Shown: positions 28,106 to 39,888, counted from the first letter of the stretch. The stretch is DNA of 64,000 bases from Vicinamibacteria bacterium (GCA_965199715.1 OZ241322.1:2272001-2336000), one strand, 5' to 3'. Translations and numbers: made by a program. Notes: generated by a model not told the origin, from the letters alone.

Positions 28106-29293
28106 ATGAACCGGCTCCCTTCGCTCGGGACCCTCATGCTGGCCGGGATGCTGGCCGGCGGAGCCGCCGGGCTTCTCGTCGGCGAGGCCGCGACCTCGGT
28201 CCATTTCCTGGGCGACGCGTTCATCCGCCTCCTGATGCTGGCGGCGATCCCGCTGGTGTTCTGCAACATCGCGCTGGCGATCGCCGCCGCCCGGCCCGCC
28301 GGCGGCCTCGGCCGCCTCGCGCTCGGGATCCTCGCCTTCTTCGGCCTCACCTCGTTCGCCGCGCACCTAGTCTCGTTCGCGTCGCTCGGGCTGATCCGCC
28401 CCGGCGACGGGTTTCCGGGGTACGCCGCCGACTCCGCGCCCGCGGTTCCCGCCGCGGCCGAATTCCTTTCGGCGCTCGTGCCCGGCAACGCGGTCGGCGT
28501 GTTCGCGAACGGGCAGGTGACCGCGATCCTTGTCCTCGGCCTGATGCTCGGCGCGGCGACCCGCGCGCTCGAGGACGAGCACCGCGACCGCGTCGTCGCC
28601 TTCCTGCGGACCGGGGCGGAGCTCTTCCGCAAGCTCGCCACCGGGGTCATGTGGTACGGCCCGATCGGCGTCGCCGCGCTGTCGGCTTCGTCGCTCGGCG
28701 AGTACGGGCAAGCCGTCTTCGGGCCGCTCGGCCTCTACATCGTCGCGATCTGGACGGCCGAACTCGGGATGCTCGGCGGGTATCTCCTGATCCTGCGGGT
28801 CTTCTCGAACGCCTCGCCGATCCGGTTCCTGCGCCAGACCGCGACCGTCTGGACGACGACGATCTCGACCTGCTCCAGCCTCGCGAGCCTGGGAGCCTCG
28901 TTCCAGGCCGCCACCCGCATGCGCCTGCCGGCGCCGGTCACCTCGTTCACGCTTCCGCTCGGCGCCCAGCTCAACAAGGACGGAAGCTCGATCCTCCTGG
29001 CCGGGATCGTCCTGTTCACGGCGCAGGCGTCCGGGGTCTCGCTGGACCTGCCGCAACTCGCGCTCGTGACCGCCATCGGCGTGCTGCTGTCGGCCTCGGC
29101 GCCGGGGATCCCGAACGGCGGCGTCGTGAACCAGCTTCTGCTGCTGCAGGTGGTCGGCCTGCCGCTCGACGTCGCGGTGCTCGTGGCCGGCGTGTACCGA
29201 CTCGTCGATATGCCCACGACGACCCTGAACATCGTCGGGGACCTCGTCGGCTCCACCGTGATGGCTTCGCGCGAACGTGCCGGAATCGGTTGA
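28106..29293 (+). CDS. Dicarboxylate/amino acid:cation symporter (DAACS)
   Basis: GDAFIRLLML, TCSSLASL, LPLGAQLNKDGS, DMPTTTLNIVGD; multiple TM segments. Confidence 0.9.
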   Translation: MNRLPSLGTLMLAGMLAGGAAGLLVGEAATSVHFLGDAFIRLLMLAAIPLVFCNIALAIAAARPAGGLGRLALGILAFFGLTSFAAHLVSFASLGLIRPGDGFPGYAADSAPAVPAAAEFLSALVPGNAVGVFANGQVTAILVLGLMLGAATRALEDEHRDRVVAFLRTGAELFRKLATGVMWYGPIGVAALSASSLGEYGQAVFGPLGLYIVAIWTAELGMLGGYLLILRVFSNASPIRFLRQTATVWTTTISTCSSLASLGASFQAATRMRLPAPVTSFTLPLGAQLNKDGSSILLAGIVLFTAQASGVSLDLPQLALVTAIGVLLSASAPGIPNGGVVNQLLLLQVVGLPLDVAVLVAGVYRLVDMPTTTLNIVGDLVGSTVMASRERAGIG

Positions 29294-30467
29294 GCGCGCC
29301 CGGGCGCTGTTCCCGGGGGCCGCGCGGCGGCCGTACCTGAACGTCGCGGTCCGCAGCCTGCTCGCCGCTCCGGTGCGCGCCGCGGTGGACCGGTTCCTCG
29401 ACGCCGCGGCGTACGGCGGGCCGGACAAGCCGGGACTCTTCGCCGTCGTCGAGCGCGGGCGCGCCGCGTTCGCCGACTGGATCGGCGCCGGGGCGGACGA
29501 GGTGGCGTGGACCCGCAACGTGACCGACGGGCTGAACCTCTTTCTCGGGTCGCTCGAGTGGGCGCCGGGCGACGAGGTCGTCCTCTGCCCCGATCTGGAG
29601 CACCCCGCGAACGTGCTTCCGTGGCGGAACCTCGCGGCGCGCCGCGGGGTCCGCCTTCGGGAGATTCCCGCGGACGGCGGGCGCATGCCGGTCGAGCGGA
29701 TGGCCGACGCGGTGGGGCCGCGGACGCGAGTGATCGCCGCGGCGACGATCTCGTTCAGCCCGGGTTTCGTGACCGACCTCGCCCCGCTCAAGGAGGCGCG
29801 CCGGGGCCGCGACGCGCTGCTCGTGATGGACGCGGCGCAGTCGGTGGGAGCGCTGCGGACCGACGTGGACGAGCTCGGGGCCGACGCGCTCGCGGTCGCG
29901 ACCCAGAAGGCGCTCGCCGGCTTCTACGGCGCGGGATTCCTCTACGTGCGCCGTGAGGTCGCCGAGTCGGTCGCGCCGCCCGCGCTCGGGCGCTTCGGCG
30001 TCCAAGCCGAGGGCGGCGAGACGGCCGTGCCCGAGAACGGGCTTCCGTACGCCGCCGGGGCGCGGCGGTTCGATCTCGGAAACTACAACTTCATCGGAGC
30101 GATCGCCGCGGACGCCGCGCTCGCCCTGCTGGCCCGATTCGGGGCCGGGGCCATCGAGAGCCGCGTCCGCGGCCTCGCGCTGGACCTCGCGGAGGGCTTG
30201 CTCGAACTCGGGCTCCCGGTGGCCGGGGGCCCGCCCGGCGACCATCTCGGACACCTCGTGTGCGTCGGGCCTGCGGGCGAGGGCTCCCTCGACGGGGCGG
30301 ACGATCCGCTCGTTCGGGAGTTCGCCCGGCGGCTCGAGGCGGCGGACGTCGCGTGCTCGATCCGTCGGGGGGTGGTCCGGTTCTCGCCGCACCTGTACAA
30401 CGACGCGGGGGACGTCGGGCGGGCGCTCGAGGTCGCGTCCGGGCTCGTCCGGCGGAGCTCGAAGTAA
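29277..30467 (+). CDS. Class V PLP aminotransferase family protein
   Basis: YLNVA, NVTDGLN, EHPAN, DAAQSVG, ATQKAL (PLP Lys), RFSPHLYN. Confidence 0.85.
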   Translation: MPESVERARALFPGAARRPYLNVAVRSLLAAPVRAAVDRFLDAAAYGGPDKPGLFAVVERGRAAFADWIGAGADEVAWTRNVTDGLNLFLGSLEWAPGDEVVLCPDLEHPANVLPWRNLAARRGVRLREIPADGGRMPVERMADAVGPRTRVIAAATISFSPGFVTDLAPLKEARRGRDALLVMDAAQSVGALRTDVDELGADALAVATQKALAGFYGAGFLYVRREVAESVAPPALGRFGVQAEGGETAVPENGLPYAAGARRFDLGNYNFIGAIAADAALALLARFGAGAIESRVRGLALDLAEGLLELGLPVAGGPPGDHLGHLVCVGPAGEGSLDGADDPLVREFARRLEAADVACSIRRGVVRFSPHLYNDAGDVGRALEVASGLVRRSSK

Positions 30468-30876
30468 GTCGCGAACGAAGTTTGGGCGGAGCGGGTTCCG
30501 GTACTATCCGCAATGCGTCCACTATTGACGCACTCGCCTGCGTCCGCGCGGCGCGCCGACCCGCCGTAAGGGCGTCAGGAGGTCACCGCATTGCGAGCAG
30601 CGCGCACGGTCGGATCGCGGACCGGCCCGTCGTGGAAACGTCCCTCCAACTGGTGGAACGAGCCCGCCGATCCGTACCACAGCCGCGCGGCGTCGCGAGT
30701 CTCGAGCCGGTCCCGGAGTCGCTGGCCGATCTGGGATCTGCTGATGCGGGGGTTGCGCATCCGCCGCTTCCGCTGGTTCGTCGAGAAGTCGCCGCGCCGG
30801 CACGCGCGCCCGAAGCCCGGGGCGCGGTACGAGCGGTACGTCGCGGCCCACTCCGGGCAGGAGGAGTGACCGCGGG

Positions 30877-31907
30877 TCAGGCGGCGTAGCCGCGAAGGTC
30901 GGCCTCGACCTCGGCGAGGGGGCGGTCCAGCAGTTGGGCGGCCCGGATCGGCGCGATCAGATCCTCCCCGACGGCGCGCCAGACGAGCCGCTCGAACCGC
31001 TGCGGTCGTTCCTCCCGGGCGAGGCGATCGTCCAAGCCGATCGGCTCGGCCTGCTCGACGGGCCACGGGCGGGCGTAGGTGCGGAAGGCGCGGTCCACCG
31101 CGGCCCGCGAGGGGACGCCGACCTGCCCCAGGCAGACCAGCAGGGCCGCCGCGGGGACCCCGCAGAGCCGCTTCAGGCGCATGAGTTCGGGGACACCGAA
31201 TCCGGTGCGGCGCGGACCGACGTCCCGCCGCTGGCGCCCCCCGGGCGTCAGGAAGGCCGCGGGGAATCGGTCCGCCGCCTGCCCGGACGCGGTCTCGAGC
31301 GCGCGGCGTCCGAGCTCGCGGGCGAGGTGGAACCGTTTCCGTTCGACGCCGCTGCGACCGGAGACCAGCGCCAGCGGAACCACCCGGCAGGAGTCCGAGA
31401 GTCGGGCCTCCCCGGTTAGCGCGTGGACGTTGTCCGGCAGGTGCGCCTCGATCACCCTCACGTCGCGATCCTCGAGAAGGCGCGTCATGCTCGGAATCGG
31501 GCGATTCCCGAGCGTGCCGCAGCCGGTCCGCGACCTCTTCGATGGAGCCGCCGCCGGCGAGCCGTTCGGCCAAGCGCGGAAACGGATCGCCGGGGTCCGG
31601 GATCTCCAGGATCGCTTCGATCGCCAGATGCGCCTCGAGCCGTTCGGTGGCGACCGTTTCCACGCGCGCCCGATCCCGAACCGAAGCGCGCGAGCGGAAT
31701 TCAATCCCCTCCAGCGCGGTGACCCAGGTTCCCATCAGGAAGTCGAGCGAGACGTCGAGCGCACGTCCGAGGCTGACGAGCACGGCCGCGGAAGGGAGCA
31801 TCTTCCCGTTCTCGTACCGGCTGAGGGTCTTGGCGCTCACCGGCGGCGAGATTGCGAAGCGAGAGGCCCGCTTTCTTCCGCGCCAGCTTCAACCGTTGGT
31901 CGAACAC
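30877..31907 (-). pseudogene. Frameshifted XRE-HTH + ImmA/IrrE metallopeptidase gene
   Basis: Three frames join: VFDQRLKLARKKAGLSLRNLA / VSAKTLSRYENGKMLPS..IEEVADRLR / LGNRPIPSMTRLLE..ERKRFHLARELGR..ADRFPAAFLTP..RFERLVWRA. The HELGH motif has decayed to RELGR. Confidence 0.82.
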
Positions 31908-32065
31908 TCCCCGAGCCTCTTCGGAGGCGGCCAACTCAGCTCGTGAGCCCCGAGGCGGGCGCGAGGGGCCCCGTGCGACGCCGGAGCCTTTCCGATACCG
32001 TATCGCTCCGCAATCCAACCGGCGCCCGGCGTCTCCGGGGCCGTCGTCCGAAGGAGGACATCCCA

Positions 32066-32560
32066 ATGCGCACCGTCTCGCTCGCCCTCGTCGGGCTCGT
32101 CGTCACGGCGGCCGCCGTCGCCCACCCGCACTTCAACAAGACCGTCTCCACCACCGTGGGCGAAGTCGAGGTCTCGGTCCGCTACAACTCGGCGGACGCC
32201 AACATGGAGCGCGTCGCCGCCGTCGAGGCGGGCACGTTCGTCGCTCCGCGCAACCCGCGGCTGATGCTCTCCGCCGGCGTGATGTCGGGCGACATGTCGA
32301 TCGGCGCCGGCGAGTACGTCATCGGCGTCATCAGGGGCGACGACGGAAGCTGGACCATGGCGCTGCACGAGGGCATGATCGACCGCGAGATGGGCCCGGA
32401 CATGAGCAAGGTCATGAAGCTGGACTCCCGCTACTCCGAGGGCATGGGCACCGCCGACCACATGCTCATCGACATCACCGCGGGCTCCGGCGATTTCGCC
32501 GGCAAACCGGTGCTCACGATCCACTTCGGCAACATGCACCTGCAGGGGGCGATCGGCTGA
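32066..32560 (+). CDS. Secreted protein, DUF2911-like
   Basis: AAGGAGG SD, signal peptide, VSVRY..IGAGEY..LTIHFG pattern. Confidence 0.6.
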   Translation: MRTVSLALVGLVVTAAAVAHPHFNKTVSTTVGEVEVSVRYNSADANMERVAAVEAGTFVAPRNPRLMLSAGVMSGDMSIGAGEYVIGVIRGDDGSWTMALHEGMIDREMGPDMSKVMKLDSRYSEGMGTADHMLIDITAGSGDFAGKPVLTIHFGNMHLQGAIG

Positions 32561-32576
32561 CGACCGCCTGAACCGA

Positions 32577-32605
32577 CCGGCGCCGGGGCCGCTCCCCGGC
32601 GCCGG
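32577..32605 (+). terminator. GC-rich stem-loop after the DUF2911-like gene
   Basis: Perfect 12-bp inverted repeat CCGGCGCCGGGG-ccgct-CCCCGGCGCCGG, 16 nt after the stop. No U-tract. Confidence 0.55.
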
Positions 32606-32676
32606 CCTCCAGTCAGCCCTGAACTTGCTGACTGACTTGCGTCGGTCGTTGGGTCGGCCCTTCGTAGCGCACGCCC

Positions 32677-34335
32677 ATGGCGAAAATGATCCCGGAGTCG
32701 CTGGTCGCCGGAACGCCGGGTTCCGAGCGACGGCTGTACGAGAGCTTCCGCAACGAGCTTCCGGATGCCTGGACCGTGATTCACGGGCAGCGCTTCTTGC
32801 TTCCGGAACGGGGAGCGCGGAGCCAGGAGGGGGAACTCGATTTTCTGATCCTCGATCCCGAGCGCGGCGGGCTCGGGCTGGAGGTCAAGGGGGGTCGGGT
32901 CAAGCGGGGCGTCAAGGGGTGGTCGTCCGTAGATCGCCGCGGCCAGGAACACGCCATCAAGGACCCCGGCAAGCAGGCGCAGAATGCGATCCACGCGCTC
33001 CGACGTTATCTGGAGTCATCTCCCCTTTTCGGCGGCGAGGGGCATTCGTGCTCCTTCATATGGGGCGTCGCGCTTCCTGACGTCAGTTGCGATGGAGACC
33101 TCGGTTCCGACCTCCCCCGCGAGGCCATTCTCGACAGCTTCGACCTGTCGCAGCCGTGGGCGGCGCTTGAGCGGATGTTCCGCGCCCGAGGCCTGAAGCG
33201 CGGCCCCAAGCTCGCGCGCAAGGGCATGACTGCGCTTCGGCGCGCCTTCTTCATGCGGCACCCGTCCCCCGCGCGGCTCGCGCTCTTCGTTCACGAGGGC
33301 AACCGGGAGCTGAGGCGCCTGACTGAGGAACAGCGGGAGAAGATGGACTTCATCGAGGGGGAGCGGCGGGCGATGATCGACGGCTCGGCGGGGACGGGGA
33401 AGACCGTGCTCGCCGCCGAAACGGCGCGGCGGCGCGCGGCGGCGGGGGATCGCGTCCTGCTCCTTTGCTACAACCGCCCGCTGGCTCGATACCTCAGGGA
33501 GCACGCGAACGGTTACGCCGCCGAGACCTTTCACCGGTTCTGCAGTCGCATGGCGGAGCGGGCCGACATTCCGTTCGTCCCGGACGGATCCGCCGAGTTC
33601 TGGGATGAGGAGGCGCCGACGATCCTCATGGACGCGCTCGGCGCGTCGCCCGATGAGCGGTACGACTCGATCGTCGTGGATGAGGGACAGGACTTCCGGC
33701 CGGACTGGTGGGAGTGCCTCGAGTTCGCGCTGCGTGACGACGACAGTCGGCTGTGCGCCTTCCGCGACCCGAACCAGATCCTGTCCCCTCGGGGACTCCC
33801 GACGGATCGCCCGGCCGCCGCGCCCGGCGTGGCGTCACCCGTATTTCCCCGGCACGCGTATCCGCTCCGCACGAACTGCCGGAACACCGAAGCGATCGCC
33901 CGGTACGCCGAGCGGTTCCTCGAAAGGGAACCGATCCTGAAGCTGGGCGCTCCGCCGGGGCGCCCGGTCCGGTCGGTGAAATGCGGCGACAATCGCGGCT
34001 TGATCACGAGGATCGGCGCCCAACTGGAACGGCTCGTGGACGAGGAGGGGCTGGATCTGAACGAGATCGGCGTGATCTCGACTCGGGCCATCCAGGATTT
34101 TCCGTTTGAGGGAAATCGGAAGGCCGCGCGCTTCAGTCTCCTCCCCTGCGACGATCCGCGGGTCGGAAGCGAGCGCTGCGTCGCGTTCGACACGGTGAAG
34201 CGCTGGAAAGGACTGGAGCGGGAAGTCCTGCTGTTCCTCGACTTCGGCGCGGCGGGCGATCCGGTCACCCCGCGCGAGCGTTACGTGGCCGCGTCCCGGG
34301 CCAAGCTCGTGCTGATCGAATTCCGCGTCGGCTGA
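32677..34335 (+). CDS. NERD nuclease domain + SF1 helicase
   Basis: SERRLY, GELDFLIL..GLEVKGG, DPGKQA (NERD); GSAGTGKT, LCYNRPL, VDEGQDF, DPNQ, NCRNT, KGLE, YVAASRA. Confidence 0.85.
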   Translation: MAKMIPESLVAGTPGSERRLYESFRNELPDAWTVIHGQRFLLPERGARSQEGELDFLILDPERGGLGLEVKGGRVKRGVKGWSSVDRRGQEHAIKDPGKQAQNAIHALRRYLESSPLFGGEGHSCSFIWGVALPDVSCDGDLGSDLPREAILDSFDLSQPWAALERMFRARGLKRGPKLARKGMTALRRAFFMRHPSPARLALFVHEGNRELRRLTEEQREKMDFIEGERRAMIDGSAGTGKTVLAAETARRRAAAGDRVLLLCYNRPLARYLREHANGYAAETFHRFCSRMAERADIPFVPDGSAEFWDEEAPTILMDALGASPDERYDSIVVDEGQDFRPDWWECLEFALRDDDSRLCAFRDPNQILSPRGLPTDRPAAAPGVASPVFPRHAYPLRTNCRNTEAIARYAERFLEREPILKLGAPPGRPVRSVKCGDNRGLITRIGAQLERLVDEEGLDLNEIGVISTRAIQDFPFEGNRKAARFSLLPCDDPRVGSERCVAFDTVKRWKGLEREVLLFLDFGAAGDPVTPRERYVAASRAKLVLIEFRVG

Positions 34336-34338
34336 GCG

Positions 34339-35175
34339 CTACCGGCGTTCGGCCGCGAGCGCCTCCTCGTACAGCCGCTCGTAGCGCCGGACCGCCTCCT
34401 CGAACCCCTCCGGGTCCACGAAGCGTTCCGGGTCGTGGGGGTCGCCCGGCTGGAACTTGTCGTGGAGGCCGTACTGGGAGGCGTGGGCCGCGACCCAGAC
34501 GTCCACCTCCATGGCCTTCTGACGGCGGAACGTCTTCTCGTAGTCGTCGGCGATGCCCGGATAGGTTGCGTCGATCCGCAGTCCGGTTCCCGGGTTGATG
34601 GAGCCGAGGTTGGCGAGCGCCACCCGGTACTCGCGCCCGCCGTCGCTCGTCGTCATCAGGTAGGTCGAGCTCCCGACCGTGTGGCCGGGGGTCTCCACGA
34701 CGGTGAGCCGGATCGCGCCGAGCCGGACGACCTCGCCGTCCTTCAGGATGCGGTCCACCGGCACGGCCCGGAATCCGAGCTCGCCGCCGAACAGCGGGTC
34801 CTCGAGGCCGCCGGACTCGAGGAGCGGCGCGTCTCCCGCAGTCGCCCACATCTCGGCCCCGGCGATCTCCCGGATCTCGGCGAGCGCGGCGGCGTGGTCC
34901 CAGTGCGCTTGCATGGTGAGCAGGACGCGTACGTCCTCCAGCCGGAACCCGAGCGACTCGACGTTCGCCCGGATCATGGCCGTGGAATCCTCGAGGCCCG
35001 AGTTCACGAGGACGTGCCCCTCGTCCGAGACGATGAGGAAGCACCCGAGGTCCCACGTGCCCACCGAGTAGAGGTCGCCGACGATCCGGTGGCCGGGGAA
35101 CGGGCGCGACCACTCCTCGGGCTGGGCGCCGGCGGAACCGACGATCAGAAGGCTGAGGACGAGGAGGCGTTTCAT
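34339..35175 (-). CDS. Subclass B3 metallo-beta-lactamase, B3-Q variant
   Basis: Signal peptide, PFPGHRIVGDLYSVGT, MQAHWDH, TPGHTVGS, YPGIADDY, VWVAAHASQY. Confidence 0.85.
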   Translation of the reverse strand: MKRLLVLSLLIVGSAGAQPEEWSRPFPGHRIVGDLYSVGTWDLGCFLIVSDEGHVLVNSGLEDSTAMIRANVESLGFRLEDVRVLLTMQAHWDHAAALAEIREIAGAEMWATAGDAPLLESGGLEDPLFGGELGFRAVPVDRILKDGEVVRLGAIRLTVVETPGHTVGSSTYLMTTSDGGREYRVALANLGSINPGTGLRIDATYPGIADDYEKTFRRQKAMEVDVWVAAHASQYGLHDKFQPGDPHDPERFVDPEGFEEAVRRYERLYEEALAAERR

Positions 35176-35196
35176 GCGCCGGCGGTATCGCGCCCC

Positions 35197-36251
<1,055 letters not shown>

Positions 36252-36255
<4 letters not shown>

Positions 36256-38258
36256 GGCGCCGGATCCGGGCCGCCGGTGATGCGGCGCAGCAGGTCGGCC
36301 GCCTCGGCGGCGAAGGGATCCTCCGCGGGCACCGACTCGAGGTGCTCGAGCGCGTCCTCCATCCGGCTCTGGCTGAGCCGGGTCACCGCCATGAAGAAGT
36401 GGATGCCCGGCTGCGCCGGATCGAGCCGGAAGCTCTGCTCGAACGCGCGGGCGGCGGCGACCGTGTTTCCGTCCAGCACGTGGAGCCGGCCGAGGTTGAG
36501 CTGCTGAGACGCGTCGTCGGCGAAGAACGCGCCCCGGACCGCGTGCCGCCGCTTCGCCGCTTCGAACGTCTCCCCGGCCTCGCCGTCCAGCCTCCGCACG
36601 CCGAGGTTCAGGAGCGAGATCGCCGCGTTCATGCGGACCGCGCGGGTCTCGTCGGCGACCCGCTCCACGAGCGCGTCCTGGATTCCGGCGGCGTCGGCGC
36701 GGCGCACCTCGCCCAGCTTGAGCGCGGCCACCGCCCGCACCAGCGGATGCTCGTCGTCGGCGGCCCGTAGCAGGGCGCCGACCGCGTCCTCCTGCGTCTC
36801 CGGATCGCCGATGTAGCGGGCGAGGTGGCCGGTCGAGTTGGCGCGGTTCAGCGGCCCCTCGCCCTCGTCCGCCGACATGTCGAGCAGCGCGTCGAGCGCG
36901 TCGCGCGAGAGCGTCCGCGCCCCCGAGTACGCCATCGCCCGCCGCTCGATCCGGCGGCGGCGCGGGGTGTCCCCCCACCGCTCGTCCATCCGCTCCTTCG
37001 CCCACGCCGGCGTCTCGGTCGTATGGCACAGGTTGCAGGCGTTCGGGACGCCGTGCTGGATCGTGTTCTCGGGGGACGGCACCGAGATGCTGTGGTCGCG
37101 CATCGTCGCCCGGATACTCGTCACCGAGCGCGGCATGTGGCACTCGACGCAGCGAGTTCCGCTAGAGCCCTCCGGATGGAACGAGTGCGCCGCCGCGTCC
37201 GCCGCGATGGGCTCGTGGCAGCCGGCGCAGATCGCGTCGTTCTCGGGCCGGAGCTGCGGGCTGCTCTCGATCTCCGGGCGGTGCGGCGAGGTGTGGCAGC
37301 CGGTGCAGGTCGCCCCGCCGGCGACGAAGCACTCGCTTTGCCACAGCCCGAGCGCGTTCGTGGAGAAGCGCCGCGTCTTGCCGTCCACGTGCCAGGTCGG
37401 GTCGCTGCTGTCCTCCTGGCTGTACTCGAGCAGCGGAAAGAAGAAGTCGTAGTAGTCCTCGCCGGCGGCGAACCCGAAGGCGAGCTGGTCGCGGAACGAG
37501 TGGCACTGGGCGCAGACCATGCTGTTCCGCTTCGGATCGAGCTCGGTCTGGACCACGATCCACGAGTTGGGATCGTCGGCGTAGGCGGCCGGGTTCGCGT
37601 ACCTGTCCACGTGGCGGCTGCCGGGCCCGTGGCACCGCTCGCAGGTAGTTCCGAAGTCCAGCCAGTCGGTCTCGTACGCGCCCTCCGCCGGGCGGAACCC
37701 CTTGACCTGGTCGCTCACGTGGCAGCCGAAGCAGTTCTTGTTCCAGAGCTGGACCGGCACCGTGCCGGCCTCCTCCCGCTGGTCCGGCGCCGCGATCTCG
37801 AGGTTGTGGAACCACTCCTCCCGGAGCACGTCCCAGCTCGGCGGCAGCACGACGACGCGACCGTCCTCGAGCGTGGTCAGGTAGTGCTGGATGCGGCGGT
37901 TGCCGAGCGTGTAGTCCACGCGGCGCTCGACCGGGGTTCCGGTGAGGAAGGACTCGGTGATGAAGAAGCTGGTCCCCTCCCGGCGGAAGCCGTACTCCTG
38001 GCTCCGCAGCCGCACCGCGCCCGCGCCGAAGTCGCCCCGGACCGCCTGGGGAACCGCCGGCTGGACCATCTTCGAGTGGCGCGACGAGGACCACACCTGG
38101 TGCGCGGACTCGTGGCAGGTCTGGCAGCGGGCGGCGCCGACCATCATCGCCGGCTGTTCGGCGAGCGGCGGGACCTGCTGGCCTCCGGGAGCGCCGCGCG
38201 CGTCCAGCCCGATGACGGCGAGCGCCGCGCCGACCGCGAGAAGCAGCCAGCGGTTCAC
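36252..38258 (-). CDS. Octaheme c-type cytochrome with C-terminal HEAT and TPR repeats
   Basis: Eight CxxCH motifs (CQTCH, CFGCH, CERCH, CAQCH, CTGCH, CAGCH, CVECH, CNLCH), signal peptide, DEHPLVRAVAA HEAT repeat. Confidence 0.88.
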
Positions 38259-39888
38259 CGTCCCGGCTCCTCGATCGCGATCCGCCCGCCCTCGGGCGGC
38301 GGGACGAACTCGGATTCGCCGCCGCCCGGCCAGCGCACCCGCACGAGCGAGGCGGTTCCGTCTTCGCCCAGCCCGAGCAGCGCCGGGAGCTGGTTCTGGG
38401 AGGCGTATCCGGTGGCGCTCTTCACGATGCGGGTCTCGTCGCGGGCGGCCCCGCCGCTTTCGACCGTGACCGTGATCTTCGCACCGATGGCGTCGCGATT
38501 CGACCCGCGCCCGGCGAGGCGCACCTCGAGGAAGCGCCTGCCGTTTCCGGCGTCGTTGCGGAACAGGCGCGCCGGCCCGCCGTTCGCGCTCACCGCCAGG
38601 TCGGGATCGCCGTCGCCGTCGACGTCTCCGAAGGCCGCGCCCCGGGCGACCATCGGGCGGGCGAGGTCGGGGGAGTCGCCCGTCGTCTCCTCGAACCCGC
38701 CCGCGCCGTCGTTGCGGAACAGGTGCGGCGGCTGGCGCCACGTCACCCGCTGCTGCACCCGGGCGATGTCGTTCTCCACGTGCCCGTTGGCGAGGAAGAC
38801 GTCTTCCCGCCCGTCGAGGTCGTAGTCGAAGAAGAAGGCGCCGAACGCGAGCGTGAGCAGGCTGTTCCGCCCGATCTCGGACACCGGCGCCTGGTCGATG
38901 AAGAAGCCCACGCCCTCGTTGCGGTACAGCGAGACCATCTCGTTCGAGAAGTTGCCGATGACGATGTCGGCGAGGCCGTCCCCGTCGTAGTCCGACGCGT
39001 CGATCCCCATCGCGCCCGGGCGGCGCCGTTCTCGCCGAACGCGATCCCGGCGAGCACTCCCGAGTCCTCGAAGCGGCCGTCGCCGAGGTTCCGGTAGAGG
39101 TAGTTGGGCTGGGTGTCGTTCGCCACCGCGAGGTCGAGCCAGCCGTCGTCCTCGAGATCCAGCACCGCGACCCCGAGGCCCTTGCCCGAGGGGTTGAGGA
39201 GGCCGGACCCGGCGGTCGCGTCGGCGAAGCGCCCGCCCTCGTTCCGGTACAGGACCGCGCTCGCCCCGTCGTAGGACTCGGGAGTGCAGTAGCTCTTGTT
39301 GGACCCGTCGAGAGCGCAGAAGATGTCGTCCTCGATCGACCACTGCACGTAGTTCACGACGAAGAGGTCGAGGTCGCCGTCCCGGTCGGGGTCGAACCAG
39401 GTGGCGCCCGCCGAGAATCCGGGGTGGGCCACGTCGCCCGCTTCGGGGGCCGGCGCGAAGACCCCGTCGCCCCGGTTGGCGAGGAGCCGGTTCTCGCCGA
39501 GCGCCGCCAGATACACGTCCTGGTCCCCGTCGGCGTCGTAGTCGGCGATGGCGACCCCGATTCCGTAGAGCGGCTCGTCGAGGCCGGAGCCCCCGGTCGC
39601 GTCCTCGAACCGCCCGTCGCCGAGGTTGCGGTAGAGCGCGGCGACCGGTTCCGGAGCCTCGCGCCGTCCCGGCCAGCGGCGGCTGTTCACGAACAGCAGA
39701 TCCTGGTCGCCGTCGCCGTCCATGTCGAAGAACGCGACGCCGCTGCCCATCGTCTCGGGGAGGTACTTCTCGCCGAACGCGCCGTTCTCGTGGACGAAGT
39801 CGATCCCCGCCTCCTGGGTGATCTCGACGAAGTCCTGCGCGCTCGCGGCCCCGGCGAGGAGCGCGAGCAGCGCCGCGCGGCGGATCAC
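38255..39888 (-). CDS. CRTAC1-family FG-GAP + ASPIC/UnbV protein with a single frameshift (~39019)
   Basis: GTG 39888 VIRRAALL..ETMGSGVAFFDMDGDGDQDL..IAFGENGAAR, then a frame change to GAMGIDASDYDGDG..SNRDAIGAKI..GYASQN..VRWPGG. One G is missing from a G-run. Confidence 0.82.
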
